Shown piece by piece: positions 44,770 to 55,000 of a stretch of 64,000 nucleotides of DNA. The stretch's first letter is position 1, and each line of letters begins with the position of its first letter. The stretch is taken from positions 11,231 through 75,230 of the forward strand of contig PAAY01000027.1 in NCBI GenBank assembly GCA_002698985.1. Direction: 5' to 3'. The position numbers were made by a program, and so were the translations under genes. Source of the stretch: Saprospirales bacterium. Its GTDB lineage: Bacteria; Bacteroidota; Bacteroidia; Chitinophagales; Saprospiraceae. The notes beneath the pieces were generated by a model. The model saw only the letters and a program-made list of their open reading frames with translations, did not search any database and was not told where the DNA came from.

Positions 44770-47184
44770 ATGAAGTTCATTTTTACCTTTTTTACCGCCA
44801 CCTTATTTGTTCTCACTTCGGCCTTCGGCCAACTGACCAGCCTGAGCAAACCCGTCAACAACAGTCCGCTGACCATAACCCAGTTCATGCAGGGCGAGCG
44901 CTTCGTCGGCTTCCTGCCGGAAGACATCCGCTGGTCTTTGGACAGCAAGACCATCTACTTCTCCTGGAACCCCGATGGCGACACATTGCGCAGCGATTAC
45001 AAAATCAGCCTTGACGACAAGGGCAGGGCAGGGGAGCCCCTGAAAGTGGAGCTGGAAGAGCTGAGAACATTGCCCGAAACGGGCGACTACAACAAGGCGC
45101 GCAATGCCCTGCTGTACGATAAAAATGGCGACATCTTTCTGGCTACCCTTTCGGCCTCCGGCCAATGGGAAAGCAGGCAACTGACCAATACCCTGGACCG
45201 GGAAGGAAATCCCCGTTTCAGTGGTGACGAGCAGCAGGTCATTTTCCAGAACGGCGACAACCTGTTCAGTTGGGACCTCAACAGCCACGAACTGAGCCAG
45301 TTAACGGACTTCCGTTCCGGAAAAGAGCGGGGAGAGCGCCCATCTCCGCCACATGAGGCCTGGCTGGAAACTGAAAATATGGAACTGTTCGAGGTGTTGG
45401 CGGAACGCAAACAAAAAGGCGAACTCAGAAGAGAACGCCGCAAGGCCCTCGCGCCTGACAGACCTCTCACCTGGCGATACGGTGATGCCAACATCGGCAA
45501 CCTGCAGGTAACGCCTGATCTTCATTTTGTCACCTTCCGGCTTTACCACGATAGCGACGGAAAAGGCACCGAAGTGCCCAACTATGTGACCGAATCCGGT
45601 CAGGTGGAAATGCTCCGCTCCCGTGAGAAGGTGGGCAGTCCGCAAGGCTGGACGGAACTGGGCATTTACGACCGCCAGCGCGATACGGTGTACCTGGTGG
45701 AGGTGGAGCAGATCGAGGGCATTTACGACAAGCCGGAATTCTTGCGGGAATACCACAAGGATACCACGGAGTACAATCCCAAATACGACAAGCCCCGCAA
45801 GGTGATCTTCAACGGCCCGGTGTTTTCGGAAGACGGGAAAGCCGTGGTGGTCATTCGCAGCCTGGACAACAAAGACCGCTGGATCATGCTTCTAAACCTG
45901 GAAAACGGAAAACTGGAGTTGATCGACCGGCAACGGGACGAAGCCTGGGTGGGCGGCCCCGGCATCAGCGGCTGGAATTTTTCCACCGGAACCCTGGGCT
46001 GGCTGCCGGATAACAAAACCCTTTATTTTCAATCGGAAGAGAGCGGCTTTTCGCACCTGTACCTCTACAATGTTGAGACGAAAAAGAAAAAGCAGTTGAC
46101 CTCCGGCAATTTTGAAATTCTGGATGTGCAGCTTTCCAACGACGGCAAGCTGTTTTACCTGCGCTCCAACCGGGAGAGCCCTTTTGAGCAGCACCTTTAC
46201 AGCCTGCCCGTTGCCGGAGGCGAAATGAAAAAAATTACTTCCCTTCCGGGAAATCACGAGACCTACCTCTCACCCGATGAGCGCTGGATCGCGGTTCGAT
46301 ACTCCTACAGCAACAAGCCCTGGGAGCTGTACCTGATGCCCAATGAAGCCGGAGCGAAAGCTGTTCAACTGACCCGCTCCACCACCAAAGATTTTGAAGC
46401 CTACCCCTGGCGGGAACCTGAGCTGGTGTGGTTCGAGGCCGCCGACGGGGTGAAGGTGCCGGCCCGGCTCTACCGCCCGGAAGCCCCTAAGCGCAACGGT
46501 GCCGCCGTGGTCTTTGTGCATGGCGCCGGCTATCTTCAGAACGTGCACCGCTGGTGGAGCAGTTATTACCGGGAGTACATGTTCCACAACTTCCTGGCGG
46601 ACAACGGCTACACGGTGCTGGACATCGACTACCGGGCCAGCAGCGGCTACGGCCGTGACTGGCGCACCGCCATCTACCGGTACATGGGCGGCAAAGACCT
46701 CTCCGACCAGGTGGATGGCGCCCGCTACCTGGTGGCAGAGCACGGCATCGATGCCGACAGGATTGGAATTTACGGGGGCAGCTACGGCGGCTTCATCACC
46801 CTCATGGCGCAGTTCACGGCACCGGGTGTTTTCAAAAGCGGCGCTGCGCTTCGTTCCGTAACGGACTGGGCGCATTACAACCACGGCTACACCTCCAACA
46901 TCCTCAACACCCCGGTGGAAGACAGCATTGCCTACCGGCGCTCCTCTCCCATTTATTTTGCCGAAGGGCTGAAAGGACACCTGCTCATCCTGCACGGCAT
47001 GGTGGATGTGAACGTGCAGTTTCAGGATGTGGTACGCCTTTCGCAAAGGCTCATCGAACTCGGCAAAGACAACTGGGAAATGGCCGTCTTCCCCATGGAA
47101 GACCACGGCTTCATAGAGCCCAGCAGCTGGGCCGATGAGTACAAACGGATTTACCGGCTGTTTGATAAAACGCTGAGGAAGTGA
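44770..47184 (+). CDS. S9-family serine peptidase (prolyl oligopeptidase / dipeptidyl peptidase type)
   Basis: ORF trimmed to MKFIFTFFTATLFVLTSAFGQ. N-terminal beta-propeller region. C-terminal alpha/beta hydrolase with GGSYGG nucleophile elbow and terminal D/H region (HGMVDVNV, EDHGF). Confidence 0.88.
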   Translation: MKFIFTFFTATLFVLTSAFGQLTSLSKPVNNSPLTITQFMQGERFVGFLPEDIRWSLDSKTIYFSWNPDGDTLRSDYKISLDDKGRAGEPLKVELEELRTLPETGDYNKARNALLYDKNGDIFLATLSASGQWESRQLTNTLDREGNPRFSGDEQQVIFQNGDNLFSWDLNSHELSQLTDFRSGKERGERPSPPHEAWLETENMELFEVLAERKQKGELRRERRKALAPDRPLTWRYGDANIGNLQVTPDLHFVTFRLYHDSDGKGTEVPNYVTESGQVEMLRSREKVGSPQGWTELGIYDRQRDTVYLVEVEQIEGIYDKPEFLREYHKDTTEYNPKYDKPRKVIFNGPVFSEDGKAVVVIRSLDNKDRWIMLLNLENGKLELIDRQRDEAWVGGPGISGWNFSTGTLGWLPDNKTLYFQSEESGFSHLYLYNVETKKKKQLTSGNFEILDVQLSNDGKLFYLRSNRESPFEQHLYSLPVAGGEMKKITSLPGNHETYLSPDERWIAVRYSYSNKPWELYLMPNEAGAKAVQLTRSTTKDFEAYPWREPELVWFEAADGVKVPARLYRPEAPKRNGAAVVFVHGAGYLQNVHRWWSSYYREYMFHNFLADNGYTVLDIDYRASSGYGRDWRTAIYRYMGGKDLSDQVDGARYLVAEHGIDADRIGIYGGSYGGFITLMAQFTAPGVFKSGAALRSVTDWAHYNHGYTSNILNTPVEDSIAYRRSSPIYFAEGLKGHLLILHGMVDVNVQFQDVVRLSQRLIELGKDNWEMAVFPMEDHGFIEPSSWADEYKRIYRLFDKTLRK

Positions 47185-47362
47185 GCCCCGAAGCCGATGC
47201 CGATAGCTATCGGCATGAGGGACTCAGGAATTAAGGAACCGACAACCGACAACAACCTCCATAACCCATATAATCCATATAATCCATATAATCCATATAA
47301 TCCTCCATAATCCTCCATAATCCTCCATAATCCCCATAATCCATATAACCCCACAACAACAC
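47185..47362 (-). repeat. Mosaic repeat locus, right member of the inverted pair
   Basis: Reverse complement of 43856-43992. Palindrome ATGCCGATAGCTATCGGCAT at 47197-47216, then TTAAGGAACCGACAACCGACAACAACCTCC and CATATAATC / CATAATCCTC arrays. Begins at the S9 peptidase stop codon. Confidence 0.9.
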
Positions 47363-47365
47363 CCC

Positions 47366-48388
47366 ATGCAACTGACCATCCACCCCTACACCCTGAAACT
47401 GAAAGAGACCTTTACCATTGCCCGGGGGGCTTACAGCGAGCGCAAGGTTCTGTTTGTTGGCCTCAGTGCTGCGGGCAAAACAGGCTACGGCGAGGCCGGC
47501 GAACACGAGTATTACGGCGTCAGAATAGATGATTTACTGGCAGGAGCTGAAAAGTTGAAGCCCATCGTTCAGGGCTATGCATTCGACAATCCCGCCAACT
47601 TCCACGAGTACATCAAACCCCATTGCGAAGGCAACACTTTTCTGCTGGCGGCATTGGACGAGGCCGCCCACGACCTGTACGGGAAACTGGGAAACAAACC
47701 CTGTTTCGAGCTTTGGGGCTGGCAGCCCGAAGCAGCTCCGAAAAGCTGTTACACCCTGCCCATCGATGATCCGGATACCATGCTTCGAAAACTGCGGGAG
47801 ACGGACTTCAGCATTTACAAGGTGAAGCTGGGAAGCAGCAAAGACCTGGAAGTGATGCGGATGCTGCGGGACAATACCGATGCCATTTTACGAGTGGATG
47901 CCAATTGCGCCTGGACGGTGAAAGAGGCCATTGATAGGTCCGAAAAATTGGCGGAACTGAAGGTGGAGTTCATCGAACAGCCGCTGGCCCATGACAACTG
48001 GGAAGGGATGAAAGAACTGGCCCGCCACAGTGCCCTGCCGCTCATTGCCGACGAATCCTGCCGGACACCGGATGACTTGGAGCGCTGCGCCGAGGTTTTC
48101 AATGGCATCAACATAAAATTGGTGAAATGCGGCGGCCCGACCGCAGCCCTGAAAATGATCAAACTGGCCCGCTCTCTGGATTTGAAAATCATGGGTGGTT
48201 GCATGGTGGAGAGCAGCGTGGCCATTTCGGCCATGGCGCACCTGGCTCCCGCTCTCGATTACCTGGACATCGACGGACCGCTCTTGCTGGCCAACGATCC
48301 CGCAAGCGGTATCCGGCTGGATGAGCAGGGTGGGGTGCATTTCAATGGAAAGCCCGGCTTCGGTACCGACCTGCTTGTGCAGGGTTAG
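47366..48388 (+). CDS. Dipeptide epimerase (L-Ala-D/L-Glu epimerase type, enolase superfamily)
   Basis: MR/MLE-type motifs: KVKLG, RVDANCAWT, IEQPL, IADES and INIKLVKCGG. Confidence 0.82.
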   Translation: MQLTIHPYTLKLKETFTIARGAYSERKVLFVGLSAAGKTGYGEAGEHEYYGVRIDDLLAGAEKLKPIVQGYAFDNPANFHEYIKPHCEGNTFLLAALDEAAHDLYGKLGNKPCFELWGWQPEAAPKSCYTLPIDDPDTMLRKLRETDFSIYKVKLGSSKDLEVMRMLRDNTDAILRVDANCAWTVKEAIDRSEKLAELKVEFIEQPLAHDNWEGMKELARHSALPLIADESCRTPDDLERCAEVFNGINIKLVKCGGPTAALKMIKLARSLDLKIMGGCMVESSVAISAMAHLAPALDYLDIDGPLLLANDPASGIRLDEQGGVHFNGKPGFGTDLLVQG

Positions 48389-48477
48389 TTATTGCGACGA
48401 AAAAGAAACACGTCATGCCAACCGCCAATTCACACCATCGAATACCTTTGTAAGCAGACTCAACCACTTTCCTCTCA

Positions 48478-48933
48478 ATGATCAAAAAAGCCGCCGAAAA
48501 ACTCGACGAATTTCAACAGCGCCTTTTGGAGCAGTACCAAAAGAGCGGGAAAACCCTGCGGCGGCATGCTACCAAATTGCTGAAGGTGCCGCAAAGACTG
48601 CTCTGGGCTTTCGTTACCGAGGGGGTTGAGACCAAAGACATGATGGTCACCTTCGTGAAACACGGAAAACGGGTGGTGATCAAAAATGCCGGCGAGGATG
48701 GCCCTTCCGAAGAGGAGCTCCAAAAGGCACTGGCACAACTCAAAGACATTCCGCGGATGTTGCCTTTCTTTATCGTGACCGTGGTTCCGGCACCCGGCAT
48801 TACCGAAGGCTATGTGGTGCTGGCGCTCACAGTGGAGAAATGGCTGGGAAAGAAAATCAGCCTGCTGCCATCGGGTTTCCGCAACCTTTTTGGAGGAAAA
48901 GAAGAAAAGAATGAAAACCCTGAAAAGGATTAA
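48478..48933 (+). CDS. Hypothetical protein
   Basis: 151-aa ORF with coding-like composition. Overlaps the next gene by 23 nt. No confident family. Confidence 0.5.
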   Translation: MIKKAAEKLDEFQQRLLEQYQKSGKTLRRHATKLLKVPQRLLWAFVTEGVETKDMMVTFVKHGKRVVIKNAGEDGPSEEELQKALAQLKDIPRMLPFFIVTVVPAPGITEGYVVLALTVEKWLGKKISLLPSGFRNLFGGKEEKNENPEKD

Positions 48934-50353
48934 GGCCGGCCACCTCATCATCCTGTTTTTCCTGTTGAGGCTGTACGGCATCACCAACCCGCCGCTGGAG
49001 CGTAACCACAACTGGCGCCAGGCCACCACCAACATGTACGCCCGCAATTTTCTGGAGGTGGACAACAACATCCTGTACGCCCGGGTGGACATGGCCGGCG
49101 ACCTCACCGGCATCACTGCCAAGGAGTTTCCGCTTTTCAACTACAGCATTTACCTCACGGCCCGGGCTTTTGGCTGGCAACACTGGTACGGCCGGCTCAT
49201 CAACCTCATCATCTCTTCCCTCGGCGTCTGGTTCTTTTACCTCATTCTGAAAAAATACCTGGAACCACGGCTGCCCCACCTCGAGAACCTGGCATTCTAT
49301 TCCACCATCTTTCTGTTGGCGGGTATCTGGTTCGGACATTCCCGGGCCATCCTGCCCGATACCTTCAGCACTTCGCTGGTGCTGATTGGCTTGTTTTACG
49401 GACTGGAATACCTGTACAGGGGCAGGTGGTACCAGTTGCTGCTGTTCTTCCTTATGGCCACTGCCGGGGTGCTCAGCAAACTGCCCTCCGGATTCCTGCT
49501 GGCTGCCTTGTGCCTGCCGGTTTTCGGAAGGGAGGTGCCGCTGAAAAGGACCCTTGCACTGGCGGCCCCCGCCGGACTGATGCTGGACATGGCCGGCTGG
49601 TGGTACTTTTACTGGATTCCGCATGTGGTCAGCACCTACGGTTATGAGCATTACCCCATGCGGGATTTGCTGACGGGCCTTCGGGAAATCCTCTCAGACC
49701 TGCCCGAAACGGCCGAGCGCTTTTATGTGAGTGCCACCAAGGGCTTCACCTATTTTGCTTTGTACCTGGCAGGCCTGGTTTTGCTTTTTCGTCGCAAAAA
49801 CCGCTTGCTGCTCAGGTTGTGGCTGGTGTTGTCCTTCGTCTTCCTGTTTTACATGTTCAAGGCCGGCGCCAGCTTTTACCACCACAACTATTATATCGTT
49901 CCCTTTGCGCCGGTGATGGCACTGGTGGCCTCTGTCGCCATTTGCCATATCAGGAAGGTGAAATGGAGAGTGTTGCTGCTTTTGGCGGTACTGGCCGAGG
50001 GCATCGGCAACCAGCAGGATGCCTTTCGCATCCGGGATGATGAAAAGCCAAAGCTGAGCCTCGAAACGATTGCGGATTCGCTGTCGCAACGGCAGGATCT
50101 CGTTGCCTTCTTTACCGATGACGGCAATCCGCAGGAGCTGTACTTTGCCCACCGGAAGGGCTGGGTCTCCAATCGGGCTGAGCTGCTCAACCCCGACTAC
50201 ATCGAGCTATTGCGAAGCAAAGGATGCCGGCTCATCTTCATCAACAAGCGGCAGTGGGCGGCTGAGTCTCCTCCCGGTTTGCCCCTCGTTTACGAAGATG
50301 AAAACTATTGGGTGTTCGGCCTGGGCAATGAAAAAGTAGCACCTTCCCAATAG
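48911..50353 (+). CDS. Polytopic membrane glycosyltransferase, GT39/ArnT-like
   Basis: ORF trimmed to MKTLKRIKAGHLIILFFLLRLYG. About 10 or more hydrophobic spans with a first-loop pattern like PMT/ArnT-family enzymes. The family call is tentative. Confidence 0.6.
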   Translation: MKTLKRIKAGHLIILFFLLRLYGITNPPLERNHNWRQATTNMYARNFLEVDNNILYARVDMAGDLTGITAKEFPLFNYSIYLTARAFGWQHWYGRLINLIISSLGVWFFYLILKKYLEPRLPHLENLAFYSTIFLLAGIWFGHSRAILPDTFSTSLVLIGLFYGLEYLYRGRWYQLLLFFLMATAGVLSKLPSGFLLAALCLPVFGREVPLKRTLALAAPAGLMLDMAGWWYFYWIPHVVSTYGYEHYPMRDLLTGLREILSDLPETAERFYVSATKGFTYFALYLAGLVLLFRRKNRLLLRLWLVLSFVFLFYMFKAGASFYHHNYYIVPFAPVMALVASVAICHIRKVKWRVLLLLAVLAEGIGNQQDAFRIRDDEKPKLSLETIADSLSQRQDLVAFFTDDGNPQELYFAHRKGWVSNRAELLNPDYIELLRSKGCRLIFINKRQWAAESPPGLPLVYEDENYWVFGLGNEKVAPSQ

Positions 50354-50396
50354 ACCGGAACCTCGATGCGTTTGTGAGGCCATTCAAGCATCAACC

Positions 50397-50876
50397 ATGA
50401 AAGCATACCTCCTCACCCTCGTCCTTTTTTCTTTTTGTTCTTCGCTGCGCAACGAAGCCAACCCTGTTGCGGCCCCCGAATCCTGGCAAGCCGAAGTGCT
50501 CCGGCTGGTGAACCAGGCCCGGGTGAGCGGTTGCTCCTGCGGCGGCAAGCGCATGTCACCGGCGCCGGTTTTGCGGTTCAGCGATGACCTCACCCGCATT
50601 GCAAAAGGTCATGCCGATTATCTTCGCAAAAGGGGATACATCACCCACCGGGGCCGTGGTGGCACACGGGTGGGGCAGCGCGCCAGCCGTGCCGGTTACC
50701 GGTGGAGGGCCATAGGCGAAAACATTGCCAGCGGCTATACTACACCTCGTGCAGTGGTGGAGTCCTGGCTGGAAAGCCCCGGCCACTGCCGGAACATCAT
50801 GGACGCCAGTTATACGCAAATGGGTGTCGCCCGGTCGGGCAACATCTACGTCCAGGTTTTGGCGAAGCCGATGTAA
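50397..50876 (+). CDS. CAP (SCP/PR-1-like) domain protein, secreted
   Basis: Signal peptide. CAP motifs HRGRGG..., GENIASG and SPGHCRNIMD...MGVA. Confidence 0.8.
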   Translation: MKAYLLTLVLFSFCSSLRNEANPVAAPESWQAEVLRLVNQARVSGCSCGGKRMSPAPVLRFSDDLTRIAKGHADYLRKRGYITHRGRGGTRVGQRASRAGYRWRAIGENIASGYTTPRAVVESWLESPGHCRNIMDASYTQMGVARSGNIYVQVLAKPM

Positions 50877-51002
50877 GGATGCACGCATATGCAATCTATT
50901 TGTCATTTTAGAAAAAAATACCAACTCTCGAAAACCCGAATCAGAATGTGCTGTTAGGCGCCCGTATTTAATCATCCTTTCTAACCAAAAAAGTTTCTCA
51001 TT

Positions 51003-51935
51003 ATGAAGAACCTGACAAATGTGTTGGGAGTAACCCTGCTTGTCCTTTTCGGAATTTTCACCACTGCATGTAGCGACGATGACAACCAGGTACAACAGCC
51101 CCAAACCATCTCCCAGATTGCCGCAGGCGATGCCCAATTCAGTACGCTCGTGGGTGCACTCGATCGTGTAGGTTTGGTATCTGTACTCGATGGAGCTGGA
51201 ACATTCACTGTTTTTGCACCAACCAATGCAGCCTTCGATGCCCTCGGTGTCGATTTGAACACGCTTACTGACGACCAACTCAAAGACATTCTTCTTTACC
51301 ACGTATTGGGCGCACAGGTGATGTCAACTGATCTTTCCGAGGGGCAAACGTATGCATCCACGGCCAGCACCTCTGGCCCCAATGGAACAGCTCTTTCCGT
51401 GCTCATCGAAAAAAGCAGCTCCGGCGTCAAAGTGAACAATGTTGCCAATGTAACCACTGCCGATATCGAGGCTTCAAATGGCGTAATCCATGTCATTGAC
51501 AATGTGATCTTGCCCTTGGATATCGTTGGACATGCAGCGGCTAACAGTAATTTCACAGAGCTTGTCGGAGCCCTGGGTGCTGCAAGTGGAGACCTTGTAA
51601 CCGTTCTTAGTGGTGATGGTCCATTTACGGTTTTTGCACCCCTCAACAGTGCCTTCGAAGCCATTTCAGACGTAACGGCAACATTGACTGCTGATCAGCT
51701 TGCCAAAGTGCTCACCTATCACGTGGTTGCAGGTAATGTGCTTTCCAGCCAGCTCAGCAACGGGATGACAGTTGCTACCGTCAATGGCGAATCGTTCACC
51801 ATCAACATCAACGGATCTGCTGTGACCATTACTGATGCCAATGGCAATGTTGCCAATGTCGTGCTTACCGATGTGCAAGCCACCAACGGTGTGATTCATG
51901 TGCTTGACAAAGTGATTCTCCCTGAGAGTCTGTAA
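51003..51935 (+). CDS. Fasciclin (FAS1) domain protein, two FAS1 domains, lipoprotein
   Basis: Lipobox FTTAC. Motifs appear twice: TVFAPTNAAF / TVFAPLNSAF and NGVIHVID / NGVIHVLD. Confidence 0.9.
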   Translation: MKNLTNVLGVTLLVLFGIFTTACSDDDNQVQQPQTISQIAAGDAQFSTLVGALDRVGLVSVLDGAGTFTVFAPTNAAFDALGVDLNTLTDDQLKDILLYHVLGAQVMSTDLSEGQTYASTASTSGPNGTALSVLIEKSSSGVKVNNVANVTTADIEASNGVIHVIDNVILPLDIVGHAAANSNFTELVGALGAASGDLVTVLSGDGPFTVFAPLNSAFEAISDVTATLTADQLAKVLTYHVVAGNVLSSQLSNGMTVATVNGESFTININGSAVTITDANGNVANVVLTDVQATNGVIHVLDKVILPESL

Positions 51936-52011
51936 ATGCTAGTTTTTCTCAGTCAGCGTGCTGGAATCTGACCCCAGTTAAGCTGGGAAATTTGCAGAAT
52001 TGCGAAAATGC

Positions 52012-52039
52012 AATGGCCCGGGTCGAGTCCCGGGCCATT
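52012..52039. terminator. Bidirectional terminator hairpin between fasciclin and the giant gene
   Basis: Perfect 11-bp stem AATGGCCCGGG / CCCGGGCCATT with loop TCGAGT. Followed by TGTGTTTTGG on the plus strand and GCATTTTCG on the minus strand. Confidence 0.6.
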
Positions 52040-52063
52040 TGTGTTTTGGATGGGTTGGTATTA

Positions 52064-55000
52064 TCAGGGTAGTTTCTCGGTCACTATATAGTTGGCCAGC
52101 AGGGCCGAATTTTCCGGGTGCTTCAGAATGGTGAAGAACAGGATCATGCTGCGGTCGTTGTTCGGGCCCTGGTAAATGGTCCTTCCGTCCAGGTTTACAT
52201 CGAAGTTGTTGTAGGACTGGCATATGAAGTTGGCCAGGTTCAGATCATTGCCCTGGAAGGTCATCACGTAGAAGAACATGCCGAACACGTCGTTGTATGG
52301 CCCCTGGTAGATGACCTTGTGGTCGCCGTTGAGGTCGCCGGGCCACAGGGCGTATTTACCATCAAAAGTGGTCGTGGTTGAATGACTGCCGTACAGGCTG
52401 TGGTCGTTGCCGGTAAAGTCAATCTCGGTTGGCACCGGAGACAGCGTCAGCGGGTTTTCGGTGGTCACGCCGAGGTGGTTGCGGTGGCGGAGCACGACAT
52501 AGTATTCACCGCTCGGGATGGAATCAAACATCAGTATTGGATTACCATCCGTGCTGGTGACTTCTCCGTCTCGTTCCAGCAAGGCTGTTTTGGTGGCGAG
52601 TACCGTTTTGGGTGCACTGGAGGGGCGCAATTCCACGAATACCCAATCAACAATTGAGCTCTCAGCCTTGTCGTCAAATGTTCCTGCAGGCAGTGGCGTT
52701 TGCCCATTGTTTTCCAGGTTGGTGTAGGTTGGCATGGCTGAGTAGGGTTCTGTTGTCGGAATCAGGTCTTTGGCTCGCAGGTCATCCCGCATCAGCGTGT
52801 CAGCACCTACGCCCATCATGGCACCGTAGAGCTTGACTTTCAGCTTCACAGCCACGCCGATACAATTTGCATTGAGGTAGGGGTCGCAGGGATCCCGCGG
52901 GTCACTTTCCAGCGGTTCGTCCACCTCGCCGTCCTGGTTGGCATCTTCCACCCCGTCAATGAGGGTGTCACCATCGGTGTCGGGGTTCAGCGGGTCGGTT
53001 TCCGGCCCCACGTCGTAAACGCCGTCTTTGTCGGTATCCTCGATGCCGTCGATGATGTAGTCATCGTCGCTGTCCTCGTCGAGGTAGCCGGTTTCACCTT
53101 CATCCTGGCGGCCGTTGAGGTTTTTGTCCTCGATGTTGTCGGGCAGCAGGTCGTTGTCACTGTCGAGGTCCAGGAAGTTGGGGATGTTGTCGCCGTCGTC
53201 GTCCGCGTCGGGTTCCAGATTCAGATCACCGAAGGTGCCGTCTGGATAAAAGGAGACGTAGGCACTGGTGCTGACATCCAGACCATCTTCTGGTCTTCCG
53301 TCCGGTGTCAGGCCGTCGGATTCGGTCATCATGCGGCCAACCAGGGTGTCCACCATGCCGTCCAGGTTGGCGTCTGTCAGCAGGTCGCTGATACCGTCCC
53401 CATCCAGGTCGAAGTCGAAGTTGCCGCATTCGTAGATGTCCACGATGCCGTCGCCGTCGCTTTCCAGGTCGCGGCGGTTGGGTTGGCCGTCCAGGTCTTT
53501 GTCGTCGGAAACGAGGGCGCCGTCGTCATTGTAGTCATAAGGCCGGCCATCGTTTTCATCAAGGGTGTTGATGTCTGTTTTGACGAGGGGCAGGTTTTCA
53601 TACACATCAGCCATGCCAGTGGAATCGCTGTCTTCGTAAACAGCCGCATCCACGATGCCATCGCCATCGGAATCCACCCCGCCGCTTTCCAGCAGGTCGG
53701 AGATGCCGTCGTTGTCGCTGTCCCTGTCGAGGAAGTCGGGCACGCCGTCACCGTCGAAGTCAGGATTGAAGCCGGTGGTGCCGCTGGCCAACTCATCGGT
53801 GGGCAGGGAGTACAGCAGCGCCATTTGCAGTTTGTCCGTTCCGTAAATTCCGTCGAAATCGGTGTCGTACCAGTCGCAGAATCCATCGCCATCGTCATCG
53901 GGCATGGAGCCGGGGTCAGAAGGCACGGGGTAGTCAATTACACCGTTACCATCCACGTCCAGTCCGCCGTTTTCGATGAGATCGGGAATGCCGTCGTTGT
54001 CGCTGTCGGCATCCAGGAAGTTGGGCACGCCATCTCCGTCACGATCGTGCTGGAAGTCGGTCCGGTTGTAGTTGTCTGAAGCAAGCAGAGAGGTATCCAG
54101 GTCGTTGGCGTCGTACTCGTTGGCAAGGCCGTCGCCATCGGTGTCCCAGTCGGGTTCGCCGAATGAATCCACCACACCATCGCCGTTCAGGTCCGTAAAG
54201 CCGGTTTCGAGGATGTCGGGCACGCCGTCGTTGTCAGCGTCCAGGTCCAGGTAGTTGGGGATGCCGTCACCATCGCGGTCTGTCGTTGTTTCATCCACGT
54301 CAGGAATACCGTCGTTGTCGTCGTCCAGGTCAAAAGGATCCGGCACACCGTCGTCGTCGTTGTCGTTGGGGTTGAACACGGTGATGCGCTGCACCTTGGT
54401 CACCATGTTTCCGCAGCGATCTATTAGCGACCAGGTACGCAGGATGTATCCTGCACAGCCGTTCAGGAAGTTGTAGTTGTCCACGTAGGTGGCTTGCAGG
54501 TTCTCTGTGCAGTTGTCCCACTCATCGGTCACATCACCTGTGATGCTCAGGTCGTGGATGTCATCGGTGCAGGGAATGGTAATGTCCGCCGGCACCGTAA
54601 AGGTGGGCATGGTGGTGTCACTCAGCACGAAATACTGCGTGTAGGCGGTGATGTTGCCACACTCATCCTGCACGTAATAGGTGCGGCTGTGTGTGGTGTC
54701 GCTGCCGCAATCGAAAGTCGATGGGCTTTCGATTATGGTAAGCGGTACGGTATTGTCGCAGTTGTCCACTGTGAAGATCTCCGTTCCGTAATTCAGCGGT
54801 GCGGGTATTTCGGAACACTCCACATGGGTGTCGAAAGGCACGCTGCCCTCCACCACGATGTAGGTCAATTCTTCGGCCGGGTGGGTTTCGCTGAGATAAT
54901 TCCAGGCATCAATGTGCACTTCGAAAGACTTGGTCGTGACATTGCGTGCCCGGATGGTAGCCGGAGTGCCGTTCGTTCCTCTGAAGCCTCCCAACAGTAC

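Noticed and set aside
53377-54521. Multiple 60-198-aa ORFs on both strands within the giant gene
   Set aside because: They are alternative-frame artefacts of the monotonous Asp/Gly codon usage in the TSP3-like region.
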